64,000 bases of DNA from Alphaproteobacteria bacterium (GTDB lineage: Bacteria > Pseudomonadota > Alphaproteobacteria > UBA8317): positions 1-64,000 of the forward strand of contig JAYPQH010000032.1 of the NCBI GenBank assembly GCA_038131935.1. The letters are read 5' to 3'. This document shows, one piece after another, positions 11,372 through 21,219 of the stretch. Both the position numbers and the translations under genes were made by a program. The stretch's first letter is position 1; each line of letters opens with the position of its first letter. The notes under the pieces are model-generated. The model was not told the origin of the DNA and did not search any database. It saw nothing but the letters and a program-made list of their open reading frames with translations.

Positions 11372-11767
11372 TTATGCCAATGGTGCAACATCTGGCCGCA
11401 TCTCGGCCGTGAATGTTTTTGTGATGACCCACCAACGTCCATCTATTTTAAGCCAGGTCAGATAATCAGTAAATAATTTGTCACCCAAACCAAGTTTTAA
11501 ACGCGCAAAAGCGCAATCTGGACCAGACTGATCAAGAGTTAAAACCTCAAAATAAAATGGGTCACCTCTTTCTGCTGGCTTTATTCGGTGAGCAACACGT
11601 TCATAAACACTTATCATATCATCATCGATCAATTCTCCCTGAGGCGCAGAATAAAGATGACATTGAGGGTGGAAAACCTGCTGCAACTTCTCGATATTTC
11701 CCTCATGAAAACCTTGAGCGTAAATATCAAGAAGGTCTCTGATGGCGATCAAATCTTCACGCATCAC
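11372..11767 (-). CDS. NTF2/SnoaL-like protein (putative lumazine-binding family)
   Basis: IRDLLDIYAQGFHEGNIEKLQQVFHP...FTDYLTWLKIDGRWWVITKTF pattern. Confidence 0.75.
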   Translation of the reverse strand: MMREDLIAIRDLLDIYAQGFHEGNIEKLQQVFHPQCHLYSAPQGELIDDDMISVYERVAHRIKPAERGDPFYFEVLTLDQSGPDCAFARLKLGLGDKLFTDYLTWLKIDGRWWVITKTFTAEMRPDVAPLA

Positions 11768-12150
11768 TTCATTACCGATAATGCTGTGGCAGACATATTA
11801 TACACTTTAATGCTGTTTCTATCTATTAATGTGGCAACAGTTGGGCCAATGTTATTTACCCATTCATCACTCTCATAAACAGCCTTGTACAAAGCGGCTT
11901 TCTGCTCCTCACTTTCAAACCGTCGGATCCATATATAGGTGTTCATATCGGTGTCATGATCCATGACACGTTCTCCTTCAACAACAGAGAACTGATCCAC
12001 ACTATCAACCATAAAGCTCCCATGAATAACCATGCCTTGAGCAACTTGAAATGGAATGATGGTCTCTTGCATGAACTTTTCCCCAAGCATCACGCTGGCC
12101 AGGCAATATTTGGTATATTCTTAATTCAAAAAATGATGACATCTCTTCAT
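11764..12150 (-). CDS. NIPSNAP family protein (frameshifted near N-terminus)
   Basis: FELRIYQILPGQ in the upstream frame, then FMQETIIPFQ..GM, YIWIRRFESEEQK...VYESDEW; AGGAG RBS. Confidence 0.8.
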
Positions 12151-12241
12151 TGTCTCCTATTGTTGTAATTTAAAGGTTGCAAAAAAATGGTTTGTCTCAA
12201 CTGCTACTGTTTCTCAGGATCATCATCATGTCCAGAAGACA

Positions 12242-12856
12242 TTAGAATTCCTCAGCTGTTTGGCGTCGCATTGAAAACACATCACGTAAAGGTGCATAAA
12301 GGTCAGCATATAAGCGCCCCACAGCATCATAGGCGTCTCGATTTAAATAAAAAGTATCGGGATCAATCAAACCCTCTCTTACATGCATATACAGTACTTC
12401 TCCAACAACAATATCCCGTTCTGCACTCAACTGCATGGTCACAGTCCTGCGGCACTCAAAGCTCACAGGGGCTTCTAGAATTCTTGGTGCTTTGATTGTT
12501 TTTGAAGGTGCTGGCGTAAAGCCTGCGAGCGCAATTTCATCATATTCTGGCTCAAACTCAATAGCCGTAATATTCATTCCTTCCGCGATATTCATATCCA
12601 CCATATTGATCACGAATTCACCTTCTTCACGAATAAGATGGGCTGTATCCTTGGGCCGGCCATCCGGTCTTCGTTGAATACCGAGAACACATGTCGCTGG
12701 GTCTTCCGCAAACATGTTGAAAAAACTGTATGGGGCAGCGTTCATTCGGCCATGCTTATCTACCGCAGAAACCAACGCGATGGGCCGAGGGATAACAGTC
12801 GCTGTTAACAATTTGTATTTTTGTTTTCCGTCTAATTGAGAAAAATCAAATTCCAT
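12242..12856 (-). CDS. Flavin reductase family protein
   Basis: YKLLTATVIPRPIALVS, NAAPYSFFN, KDT..LI...EFVINMV, VGRL. Confidence 0.9.
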   Translation of the reverse strand: MEFDFSQLDGKQKYKLLTATVIPRPIALVSAVDKHGRMNAAPYSFFNMFAEDPATCVLGIQRRPDGRPKDTAHLIREEGEFVINMVDMNIAEGMNITAIEFEPEYDEIALAGFTPAPSKTIKAPRILEAPVSFECRRTVTMQLSAERDIVVGEVLYMHVREGLIDPDTFYLNRDAYDAVGRLYADLYAPLRDVFSMRRQTAEEF

Positions 12857-12869
12857 GTTTGAAGCACCT

Positions 12870-14108
12870 TTATTGCTGTGTGATGGATGTATTCGCGCTT
12901 ATCTCAGGAATTTGGAACTCTTCCTGACACAATTGCGCAAGCCTACTGATACCTTCACTTATTGTTTGTTCATCAGGACTTGCAAAACAAAGTCTAATAT
13001 ATTGAGACGCGTCGTCTCCCCAGCTCCAACCTTTACCTGGGTTGACCGCAATGCCATCTGCTTGCGCGATGGCATCTAGCTTAGTGGTATCGACAGCCTT
13101 TGGAAACTTCACCCAAAGAAAAATTCCACCTGGTGGGTAAGAATATTCAATTGCTGTGCCGAAATATTCATCAAGTGTTGCGGTTAAATGATCAAGTTTG
13201 CTTTTAAGTAAACCATTTAATTTAAGAAGATGATCGTCAAAATGCTCCTGACAAAATTCAGCAAGAACCATTTGTTCAAGGGCCCCAGAACCAGCATCCG
13301 TTTTTAATGATAAAATTTGGGCCAGTATTGCAGGGTCTGCTACCATGTAACCAACCCGAAATGCCGGTGCAATGGTCTTTGAAAAGGTTCCTATATAAAC
13401 AACACGCCCTGAATTATCTAAACCCCGCAGTGATGGTGGGCGCTGCTGATCCCAGATGAGATCCGCATAACATTCATCTTCAAAAATAATGGTGTCGAAG
13501 GTCTCAGCAAGCTGCAAAAGATGATGGCGACGGGTAAGTGATAAAATTGAGCCCGTGGGATTGTGTATGGTAGGGATTGTGTAGATATATCTCGGTGTTC
13601 GGCCATCAGCTGAAAGCTTTTCTAAAACTTTTTCCAACTGATCCGTTTGCATGCCTTGATCATCTAAAGGTACTGTAACAACCTCTACCCCTAAGCGCGC
13701 CAAACGTGTCTTTACCCCACCGTAATTTGACTCTTCAGCCACCACAACATCGCCTGGCTTTAGAAATGCCATATTGATCAAGTCCATCGCTTGAAGAGAT
13801 CCACTGGTGATCAAAATATCGTCAGCACTGCAGCTAATTGCGGAATACTTATGAAGTTTTTTAGCCAAAAATTCCCGTAATGGCTTGTATCCTTGAGGTC
13901 CGCTTTCCAAACCATAGAAGGCTAAAGTATGCCCTTCACGCTGCAACACCCTATCCGTTGCTTGCCTCAACAAATCTGTAGGGATAGATTCAGGCGCATT
14001 ATGACCGCCAACGAAATTATATGCGGGGAAACCTTGCCAACGTGCTGATGGCGGGGGCAAATCCGCACTCATATAATTTGCTAATGCTTTATCAGATAAC
14101 CTAGTCAT
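12870..14108 (-). CDS. PLP-dependent aminotransferase class I (LysN / 2-aminoadipate transaminase-like)
   Basis: YIYTIPTIHNPTG, IFEDECY, GTFSKTIAPAFRVG (PLP lysine), GGIFLW, IRLCF. Confidence 0.88.
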   Translation of the reverse strand: MTRLSDKALANYMSADLPPPSARWQGFPAYNFVGGHNAPESIPTDLLRQATDRVLQREGHTLAFYGLESGPQGYKPLREFLAKKLHKYSAISCSADDILITSGSLQAMDLINMAFLKPGDVVVAEESNYGGVKTRLARLGVEVVTVPLDDQGMQTDQLEKVLEKLSADGRTPRYIYTIPTIHNPTGSILSLTRRHHLLQLAETFDTIIFEDECYADLIWDQQRPPSLRGLDNSGRVVYIGTFSKTIAPAFRVGYMVADPAILAQILSLKTDAGSGALEQMVLAEFCQEHFDDHLLKLNGLLKSKLDHLTATLDEYFGTAIEYSYPPGGIFLWVKFPKAVDTTKLDAIAQADGIAVNPGKGWSWGDDASQYIRLCFASPDEQTISEGISRLAQLCQEEFQIPEISANTSITQQ

Positions 14109-14250
14109 GAACACCTCCCCAAGCTTTGCAGCATGTTGGCATTCACACGTCATATTTTAGACCAAATCTTTACCAACACCACCGCATGAAACATCGATAT
14201 AGTTGGCATTGGCAAGAGCAAAGTTTTGGGTACAAAAGTTAAACCCTTAA

Positions 14251-14676
14251 TTAATCGCCAAACCGATCAGTCAAAGATCTCACTGTTCCTTGTACGCGCT
14301 CAGATTGATCGCAATTGGCAACCATGCGCATTTTTTTTCTCGCTTTTTGCGTGTACCCAGCAAATTTCACATCCGGGAAGCGGTTTACCAATTGAACCTC
14401 TAGAGGAGTTCCTTCAAGAACCTGTAGATGTGCCTTATTTTGAGAAATTGTGGCGGTACGACCTGACACAGTGTCCCTTATCACAAAATTGCTGGTTGCA
14501 ATGGAACAATCATTAACGAATTCAATTTCCGCATTAATAAGCCTTGGGTCACCAATATAAAGCAACTCACTCAATTCATCATAAAAGATATAGGACATCG
14601 CCCCAATGAAAGAGAACAAAACCCCAAGAAATACCCAACGACCCATCATATCTACCTTGTTCTCAACAACACTCAA
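14251..14676 (-). CDS. Hypothetical protein with one N-terminal TM helix
   Basis: 141-aa ORF; hydrophobic WVFLGVLFSFIGAMSYIF; two Cys in the soluble part. Confidence 0.6.
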   Translation of the reverse strand: MSVVENKVDMMGRWVFLGVLFSFIGAMSYIFYDELSELLYIGDPRLINAEIEFVNDCSIATSNFVIRDTVSGRTATISQNKAHLQVLEGTPLEVQLVNRFPDVKFAGYTQKARKKMRMVANCDQSERVQGTVRSLTDRFGD

Positions 14677-14807
14677 GAAATGTTATGCACATCCGCTTTT
14701 AACAGAAGGATAACTGGCATCTTCCGTCAATAAATTATTTCAAGACATTTTACATTTAAAAATCTGCAGTTCACATTCGCCCATACGTAAAAACATTACC
14801 TTATGAC

Positions 14808-15554
14808 CTAACGCATATGCAAACCACCATTCACATCCAGTGTTGCACCAGTCATGTATTTTGCGTCATCTGATGCCAAATAAACCGCAGCTGAGGCGAT
14901 ATCATCCACGGTACCATAATCACCCAAAGGGATACTGGCGCGTACAGATGGAGGGTAATTTAATATATCAGTCATGTTTGTTTGTATGGCACCTGGTGCA
15001 ATCGCGTTTACGTTGATCCCAAAGGGGGCAAGTTGTCTTGCCATGGCCTTTGTTAGTGCCAGCACACCGGCCTTGCTTACTGTGTAGGTAACCTCAGCGC
15101 TAACACCTCCAACCTGACCTGCAACGGAAGCAATATAGATAATACGGCCCGACTTTCGATTTTTGGCCAATGGTGCATAAAGGCTTGTGGGATGTACACA
15201 TCCCATAAGATTTACACCAAGAACATTGTCCCAAGTCTCAGGAGTAATGTCTTCTATCGCAGCACCTGGCCTAACAATACCTGCACTGCAGACCATTACA
15301 TCTGGAATGCCGGCAAACTGTTCCGCTTCATCCATGAGCATCTTCATATCATCAAGGGACGAAACATCGGCGCATAGCCCATGAGCACCACCATCATCAT
15401 ACTGGTTAAGCTCATCCAAAGCTTCTTGAATACGCTCTTCATGAAGATCACAGATTGTAATTTTCGCACCCTCACGAACAAACGCATGAGCAATTGCAAG
15501 TCCTATACCACGGCCACCGCCCGTCACGATCGCTGACTTACCCTTCAACTTCAT
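14808..15554 (-). CDS. Short-chain dehydrogenase/reductase (FabG-like)
   Basis: TGGGRGIG, YTVSK catalytic motif, VNAIAPG, TGATLDVNGG. Confidence 0.9.
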   Translation of the reverse strand: MKLKGKSAIVTGGGRGIGLAIAHAFVREGAKITICDLHEERIQEALDELNQYDDGGAHGLCADVSSLDDMKMLMDEAEQFAGIPDVMVCSAGIVRPGAAIEDITPETWDNVLGVNLMGCVHPTSLYAPLAKNRKSGRIIYIASVAGQVGGVSAEVTYTVSKAGVLALTKAMARQLAPFGINVNAIAPGAIQTNMTDILNYPPSVRASIPLGDYGTVDDIASAAVYLASDDAKYMTGATLDVNGGLHMR

Positions 15555-15634
15555 GATAAATTCCTACCCAACTATTTTTATTGATATATCGCTTGCCACA
15601 AAGCCAAAGGTTTCTCGCTCATGCAAACAAAAGA

Positions 15635-15660
15635 GGAGGTAACCATCTCAAGCTACCTCC
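15635..15660 (-). terminator. Putative terminator hairpin after acnB
   Basis: ggaggta-N12-tacctcc just downstream of the acnB stop. Confidence 0.45.
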
Positions 15661-15670
15661 AGTATTTAGC

Positions 15671-18459
15671 TTAGTAATGCGCAGAGAGACCACCAGGCTG
15701 GCTCATGCTGGGTGGTACAAATTTGGTCAATTGAATGCCTTTCACAGCATCTTTGTACTCAGTGAGTGTTGGGGTGCGTCCCAAAATTGCAGAAAGTACC
15801 ACAACTGGTGTTGAAGCGAGCAAAGACTCACCTTTCTTTATCTCTGAATCTGCAACGACTCTACCTTGGAACAAACGCGTTGAGGTAGCGAGCACGGTAT
15901 CTCCCTTTTGCGCCTTTTCCTGATTTCCCATACACAGATTGCAGCCGGGACGCTCGAGATAAAGGATATTTTCATATTCAGTTCGAGCTTTGGTTTTAAC
16001 GTTGTTATCATCAAACTCGAAACCAGAATATTTTTGTAAAATATCCCAATCACCCTCTTCCTTCAATTCGTCAATAATGTTGTAGGTCGGTGCGGCAACC
16101 ACCAGCGGCGCCTTAAATTCAACCTTACCTTCCAAGGCTTCAATGTTACGAAGCATTTGTGCAACGATTTTGATATCACCTTTATGAACCATGCAGGAAC
16201 CAACAAACCCTAAATCAACCTTTTTCTCAGCCATATAATAGGAAATCGGACGTATTGTGTCATGCGTGTAACGCTTTGATACATCAGCATTATTGACATC
16301 TGGATCTGCAATCATGGGTTCGTCTATGGCATCCAAATCCACCACAACCTCGGCATAATATTTTGCGTTGTTATCGGGTTTCAATGCTGGTTTTTCACCT
16401 GTTCTGATTTCTTCAATGCGCTTTTCCGCAAGAGCAATTAATCGTTGAAGCATTCCATTTTCATGCTCCATACCTTTATCAAACATTTTTTGAATACGCT
16501 GAATTGAAAGCTCTAGTGATTTAATCAATGTCTCATCATTAGAAATACAAATAGATGCTTTTGCCTTCATCTCAGCAGTCCAATCGGTAAAGGTAAAAGC
16601 TTGGTCCGCAAGCAACGTCCCTAGATGAACTTCAATAATCCGCCCTTGGAAAACGTTATCCCCATGCTGCTTTAACATCTGTGCCTGTGTTGCATGAACA
16701 ACGTCACGGAAATCCATATGGTCAGCCATGGTTCCTTCAAAGGTCACCTTAACGGACTCCGGAATAGGCATAGAAACTTCACCGGTGGCCAGAGCCAATG
16801 CCACAGTACCTGAGTCTGCGCCAAATGCGATACCCTTTGACATCCGTGTATGGCTATCTCCACCAATAATGATGGCGTAATCATCCACCGTAATGTCATT
16901 TAAAACTTTATGAATCACATCCGTCATTGGATGATAGCTACCTTTTGGATCTCGCCCTGTTACAAGTCCAAAGCGATGCATGAAGGACATAAGCTTAGGC
17001 GTATTCGCCTGCGCCTTCGCATCCCAAACAGACGCTGTATGGCATCCAGATTGGTACGCTCCGTTAAGTACCGGCGACAAAACATTTGCGGCCATGGCTT
17101 CAAGTTCCTGCGCCGTCATAGGGCCTGTGGTGTCCTGGCTCCCAACGATATCAACCCGAACGCGAACATCAGACCCAGCATGCAAAAGCTTTCCTGATGT
17201 ATTACCCAATGCACGGCTGTTGAAAATTTTCTCGACAGCCGTCAACCCTTGACCATCATGGCTCACTTCCTTGGAGGGAGCGAACACCACTGGTGCTTCA
17301 ACACCAAGGATCTCTGCAGCTGACGATTGAAGCTTTTTGCCAAAAACAATCGCATATGAGCTACCAGCCCTCATGAATTCAAGTTTTTGCGGTGTAAAAG
17401 ATGGAGATAAATCCACCAACTCTTCACCTTCTTCATTGAACAATTTCTTTTGCTTGGTGTTAATTTTGAGAACTGTACCTGTCTCAACAGAATAACGCTG
17501 AACCAAGACCGGATTACCATCATTGTTCAAAATTGGCTTTCCATCGTCGTCAAGTTTTTTCACCCAATTTTGCAAATCCACACCGATGCCACCGGTAACC
17601 CCAACTGTTGTTAAGAAAATAGGGGAAATACCATTGGTTCCAGCTACGACGGGCGCATAATTCACAAACGGAACATAAGGAGAAGCTTGTTTACCTGTCC
17701 AAAGAGCAACATTGTTTACCCCTGACATCCTAGAGGAACCCACCCCCATTGTTCCTTTCTCTGCAATCATCATCACGCGTTTGTCAGGATGTTGCAGCTT
17801 CAATTCTTGAATATTTTTTGAGCAGCCTCATCGATCATACACTTACCATGAAGTTCACGATCTGCTCGCGAATGAGCTTGGTTTCCTGGAGAGAGAAGAT
17901 CTGTAGAGATATCACCAATGGCAGCAATATATGTCACCACATCAATTTCTTCTTCCACATCAGGAAGTTTGGTGAAGAATTCTGCTTGTACATAACTTTT
18001 TAGGATATCAAGGGCAACTTCGCTTCCTTGTTTATATGCCTGTTCAAGACGTTCGATATCTGCTTCATACAAGAAAACTTGTGTTTTCAGGACCTCTGCT
18101 GCCTGTGTTGCAATTTGCTTATCATCACCTAATGCAAGGTCAAGAAGGACATGTACGGATGGCCCACCTTTCATATGTGAGAGCAGCTCAAACGCAAACG
18201 CGATCGAAATTTCTTTGACCTCAGATTGCCCTAAAATGATATCTTTCAAAAAATTTGCCTTGACACCCGCAGCACTGGTTGTGCCAGGCAGCGTATTATA
18301 TATCAAATATTGCAGAGAGTCCTTACGGTGAGGATGGTCTTGATCTAATATTTGAGTGATGAGCTCTTTCACCAAAGCACCATCATCAATTGGCTTTGGG
18401 CTTAACCCTTCTTTTTTGCGCGCTTCGATTTCATCTAGGTAATTCGCGTATAAGCTCAT
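15671..18459 (-). CDS. acnB: Aconitate hydratase 2 / 2-methylisocitrate dehydratase, long form (~930 aa); frameshift ~17810
   Basis: STDLLSPG, GVGSSRMSG, VGSQDTTGPMT, QSGCHT, GGDSHTR, GSCM, PGCNLCMGNQ Fe-S ligands, STR.FQGR. Confidence 0.95.
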
Positions 18460-18784
18460 AGTACACCACCACTCTCTATGCTCGTGATTTTTAAGGAAAT
18501 GTTTTAAAACTTCCCGATCATCGCTGTTGTGAAAATTATGTTGCGTTATAATTAAACGTAGCGTGAACGCTCTGCAACCCTACCAAAATTGATTTTTCAA
18601 TCTAACCCATAAGACCTGTGTGGCAGACTGAACCTCTCGCCCCATTTGGCCATCTTATCAACCTACAATATAGTGCGAGAATTCGGTATTTTTGGGCTCA
18701 AAAAACCTATCTTTTTAAAGCTGCCCCTCTATGATCTTGAATAAAATTTTGGAAAACATCACGACGTAAAAATACGCGCGTCGT

Positions 18785-18828
18785 AAAAAAGGAACAAAGC
18801 GCCAAAAATCATACTGACGCTTTGTTCC
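18785..18828 (-). terminator. Intrinsic terminator of the Psip1-like gene
   Basis: ggaacaaagcg...cgctttgttcc 11-bp stem followed by U6 on the minus strand. Confidence 0.75.
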
Positions 18829-18841
18829 CGTAGCCTAAGGA

Positions 18842-20902
18842 TTAATCAGTAGGGTTCATGGTAAACATAAAAATCTGACCACCGGCATCCGCTTTGTTTC
18901 GGGCTACTGCACCAGAAGATTCTGACCGAGCCTGAACAACACCTATAAAAGTTTGCTCATGCGTTGGAATCTGACGTCTCAGATTTCGTCTACCCTCTCC
19001 TTTTAATTCTTCAATCGTGTAAAATGATCCATCATCTTTACGTTGGATAAGGGCTGTGACAGGCCAAGATCCAGAAAATTCACTTGAACCAGGCTTTGTA
19101 AAAGCCCCACCCAAGGCCGAAACTCCAGCCTGATAGCGTGCGCTATGTTTCCCACCAGCTAACGCCAAAAGATGGCCAGATATAACATTCATGGAATCGT
19201 CGATCGTGAGAACATACTTACGCTCACCAAAATCATTCCCAGAATCTTCATCAACGATTAGATATTGCCCTTCCGAACTCTTTACCCAGTACAAGCCATC
19301 TGGCGCCACCATTTTCGCGACTGATTTTTCCATATGGATGGAAGCATCACCATTCACGGTTTTTCCTTGTGCACCAATGTTGAGGGTCAGAGCACCATCT
19401 ACGGCTGGAACAGACCGACGAATTTTTGCAGGAATGTCAGCCGGAAGATCGACACCATCAAATGCAAATTCTCCAAAGTCAATTGCCAGCAACGCACCTT
19501 TATTTGTTAAATTGGCAAAATATCTTGGTGCTCCGTCTGGATCCCCAGCCACATGTTCTACTTTGCTGTCTCCATTAAAATAAACATGCCCCTTTGGTTG
19601 CTCATCGGACTTTTGCCAAAGCATCATCTCTGTATCCTGCACCGCGACAGGCTTATCCCAACCTTGCCATTGAAAAGATGTTGGAAAAAACGTTGCTTGA
19701 AAGTCCTTAGGCGCATTGGCATCTGTAACATAGTCATCCAACATTCTATGTTTCGCATCTGGTTTGGAAACCAGGTTTGATGCTGTTTCAAGGGTAACAG
19801 CCATTCCATACAATTTGCCATACAAAAGACCGTTTCGTGCCAGGAAGCGATCACGTTGATTTGCCTTTTTATAGTCAATAACGGAACCATCTGCATCTCG
19901 ATGCTTCATCCCAACATAAACCTTTAATGGGCTTGGTTCCTGACCATGATTATAACCCGAGGTCGCAATGACAACGTAATCTTTATGCCCAGGGTTCAAA
20001 GGCATGATTTTTTCATAACCCGTTTGTCCTAAAGCTGGTGCGACGTAAGCTGTTTGGCGAGCTACATCAACAACAACGCTGGCAAGCCCCATCGTAGCTG
20101 CCGAATCAGCTGATCCAGCTGGAAACATGCGTCCAATGTCCCACTCCTCAGCTGCAAGCCAAATATCATCAGAAAAACCTATTCCCTCACCATATTGATA
20201 GGCAGGTTCATACCATGCGCCACAAAAACTTTGAAAAAAATAGTCTGCTTCAGAGAGTTGATAGGAAGGTTTGAAAGGAATCAAGGTGCCGTCCGGACGG
20301 GTTTGATTACCCCATTTGCCAGCTAGATTTTTAGGATCAAATGTAGGGACCGTAACTTCCTCACCAAATATGTTATAAATCCTGTCAAAAAGCTTTCCTG
20401 ACCCTTTTACCATTAACGAGGCAGGCTCTTGATGGCTCATGAAGGAGGCAAATCCCTCACGATCAAAATCAATCCAATGAATATGAGATCCTGTAAATGT
20501 AACACCATTTCTCATAACCCATGGGTATGTTTCTGGTTCCGGGGCTTTTCCCATCGTCGCATAGGATTCAGATTGATAGGCCAATCGAATGGTTTTTTCA
20601 TCATGTAGCCAAGCTGCATGGCCATCAGGATAACCGGTCAATGCGAGGCCATTGGCAAGGTCCTTTTCGCCAATCGTTGCCAATGCTTTGAAGCGAGCAT
20701 ACGGAAAATTTGTATTACCGCTGACTCCATCACGCAAAGGCCCATTAGGCAAACCGGCCTCAGCTATCAATGCGGTGGTCTGACCTATGGCTAATGAAGG
20801 TTCGAGGTTGTTCGTCTCCACCGACAACGCAGTGGTATTTGCAGACGCCAAAGAAAGCCCCACAACATACCATAAATTTTGTCTTGTAAAAAAATTAATC
20901 AT
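18842..20902 (-). CDS. Secreted 686-aa protein resembling Psip1/EHAP1-type alkaline phosphatase (distant PhoX-like)
   Basis: Signal peptide; motifs LTGYPDG.AAWL, YQSESY, FTGSHIH, FFQSFCG, PALGQTGYEK, DEDSGNDFGER, recalled from the picocyanobacterial Psip1 family and not confirmed by search. Confidence 0.6.
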   Translation of the reverse strand: MINFFTRQNLWYVVGLSLASANTTALSVETNNLEPSLAIGQTTALIAEAGLPNGPLRDGVSGNTNFPYARFKALATIGEKDLANGLALTGYPDGHAAWLHDEKTIRLAYQSESYATMGKAPEPETYPWVMRNGVTFTGSHIHWIDFDREGFASFMSHQEPASLMVKGSGKLFDRIYNIFGEEVTVPTFDPKNLAGKWGNQTRPDGTLIPFKPSYQLSEADYFFQSFCGAWYEPAYQYGEGIGFSDDIWLAAEEWDIGRMFPAGSADSAATMGLASVVVDVARQTAYVAPALGQTGYEKIMPLNPGHKDYVVIATSGYNHGQEPSPLKVYVGMKHRDADGSVIDYKKANQRDRFLARNGLLYGKLYGMAVTLETASNLVSKPDAKHRMLDDYVTDANAPKDFQATFFPTSFQWQGWDKPVAVQDTEMMLWQKSDEQPKGHVYFNGDSKVEHVAGDPDGAPRYFANLTNKGALLAIDFGEFAFDGVDLPADIPAKIRRSVPAVDGALTLNIGAQGKTVNGDASIHMEKSVAKMVAPDGLYWVKSSEGQYLIVDEDSGNDFGERKYVLTIDDSMNVISGHLLALAGGKHSARYQAGVSALGGAFTKPGSSEFSGSWPVTALIQRKDDGSFYTIEELKGEGRRNLRRQIPTHEQTFIGVVQARSESSGAVARNKADAGGQIFMFTMNPTD

Positions 20903-20970
20903 TGTTCACATAACCCTTCATCAAAATCATAAGAATGTTTTGTGAACATTAATCATTATTTGTGAACATT
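20903..20970. promoter_or_regulatory. Repeated TGTGAACA motif upstream of the Psip1-like gene
   Basis: TTTGTGAACATT at 20939 and 20959 (20-bp period), plus an inverted TGTTCACA at 20903 abutting the start codon. Confidence 0.5.
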
Positions 20971-21219
20971 TTATATCAACAAGAACCAAGTTAAAATATC
21001 TCAATCATTTATTCTTCTAGATATCTCTTAGACCTACTTGATAGAAAAGCAATAAGCCTCTTTAAAATATTTTGAACAATAAAACATAAGCTACTGTTTT
21101 ATATTGTTATTAATAATTTTTATATAGACCTTAAATAGGTAATAACTCCAAAATTTTTCATGACAAAATCACGCACTTGAACATAAATAAAGCAAAGTTG
21201 CTTCTTGTAATGAAAGCGT

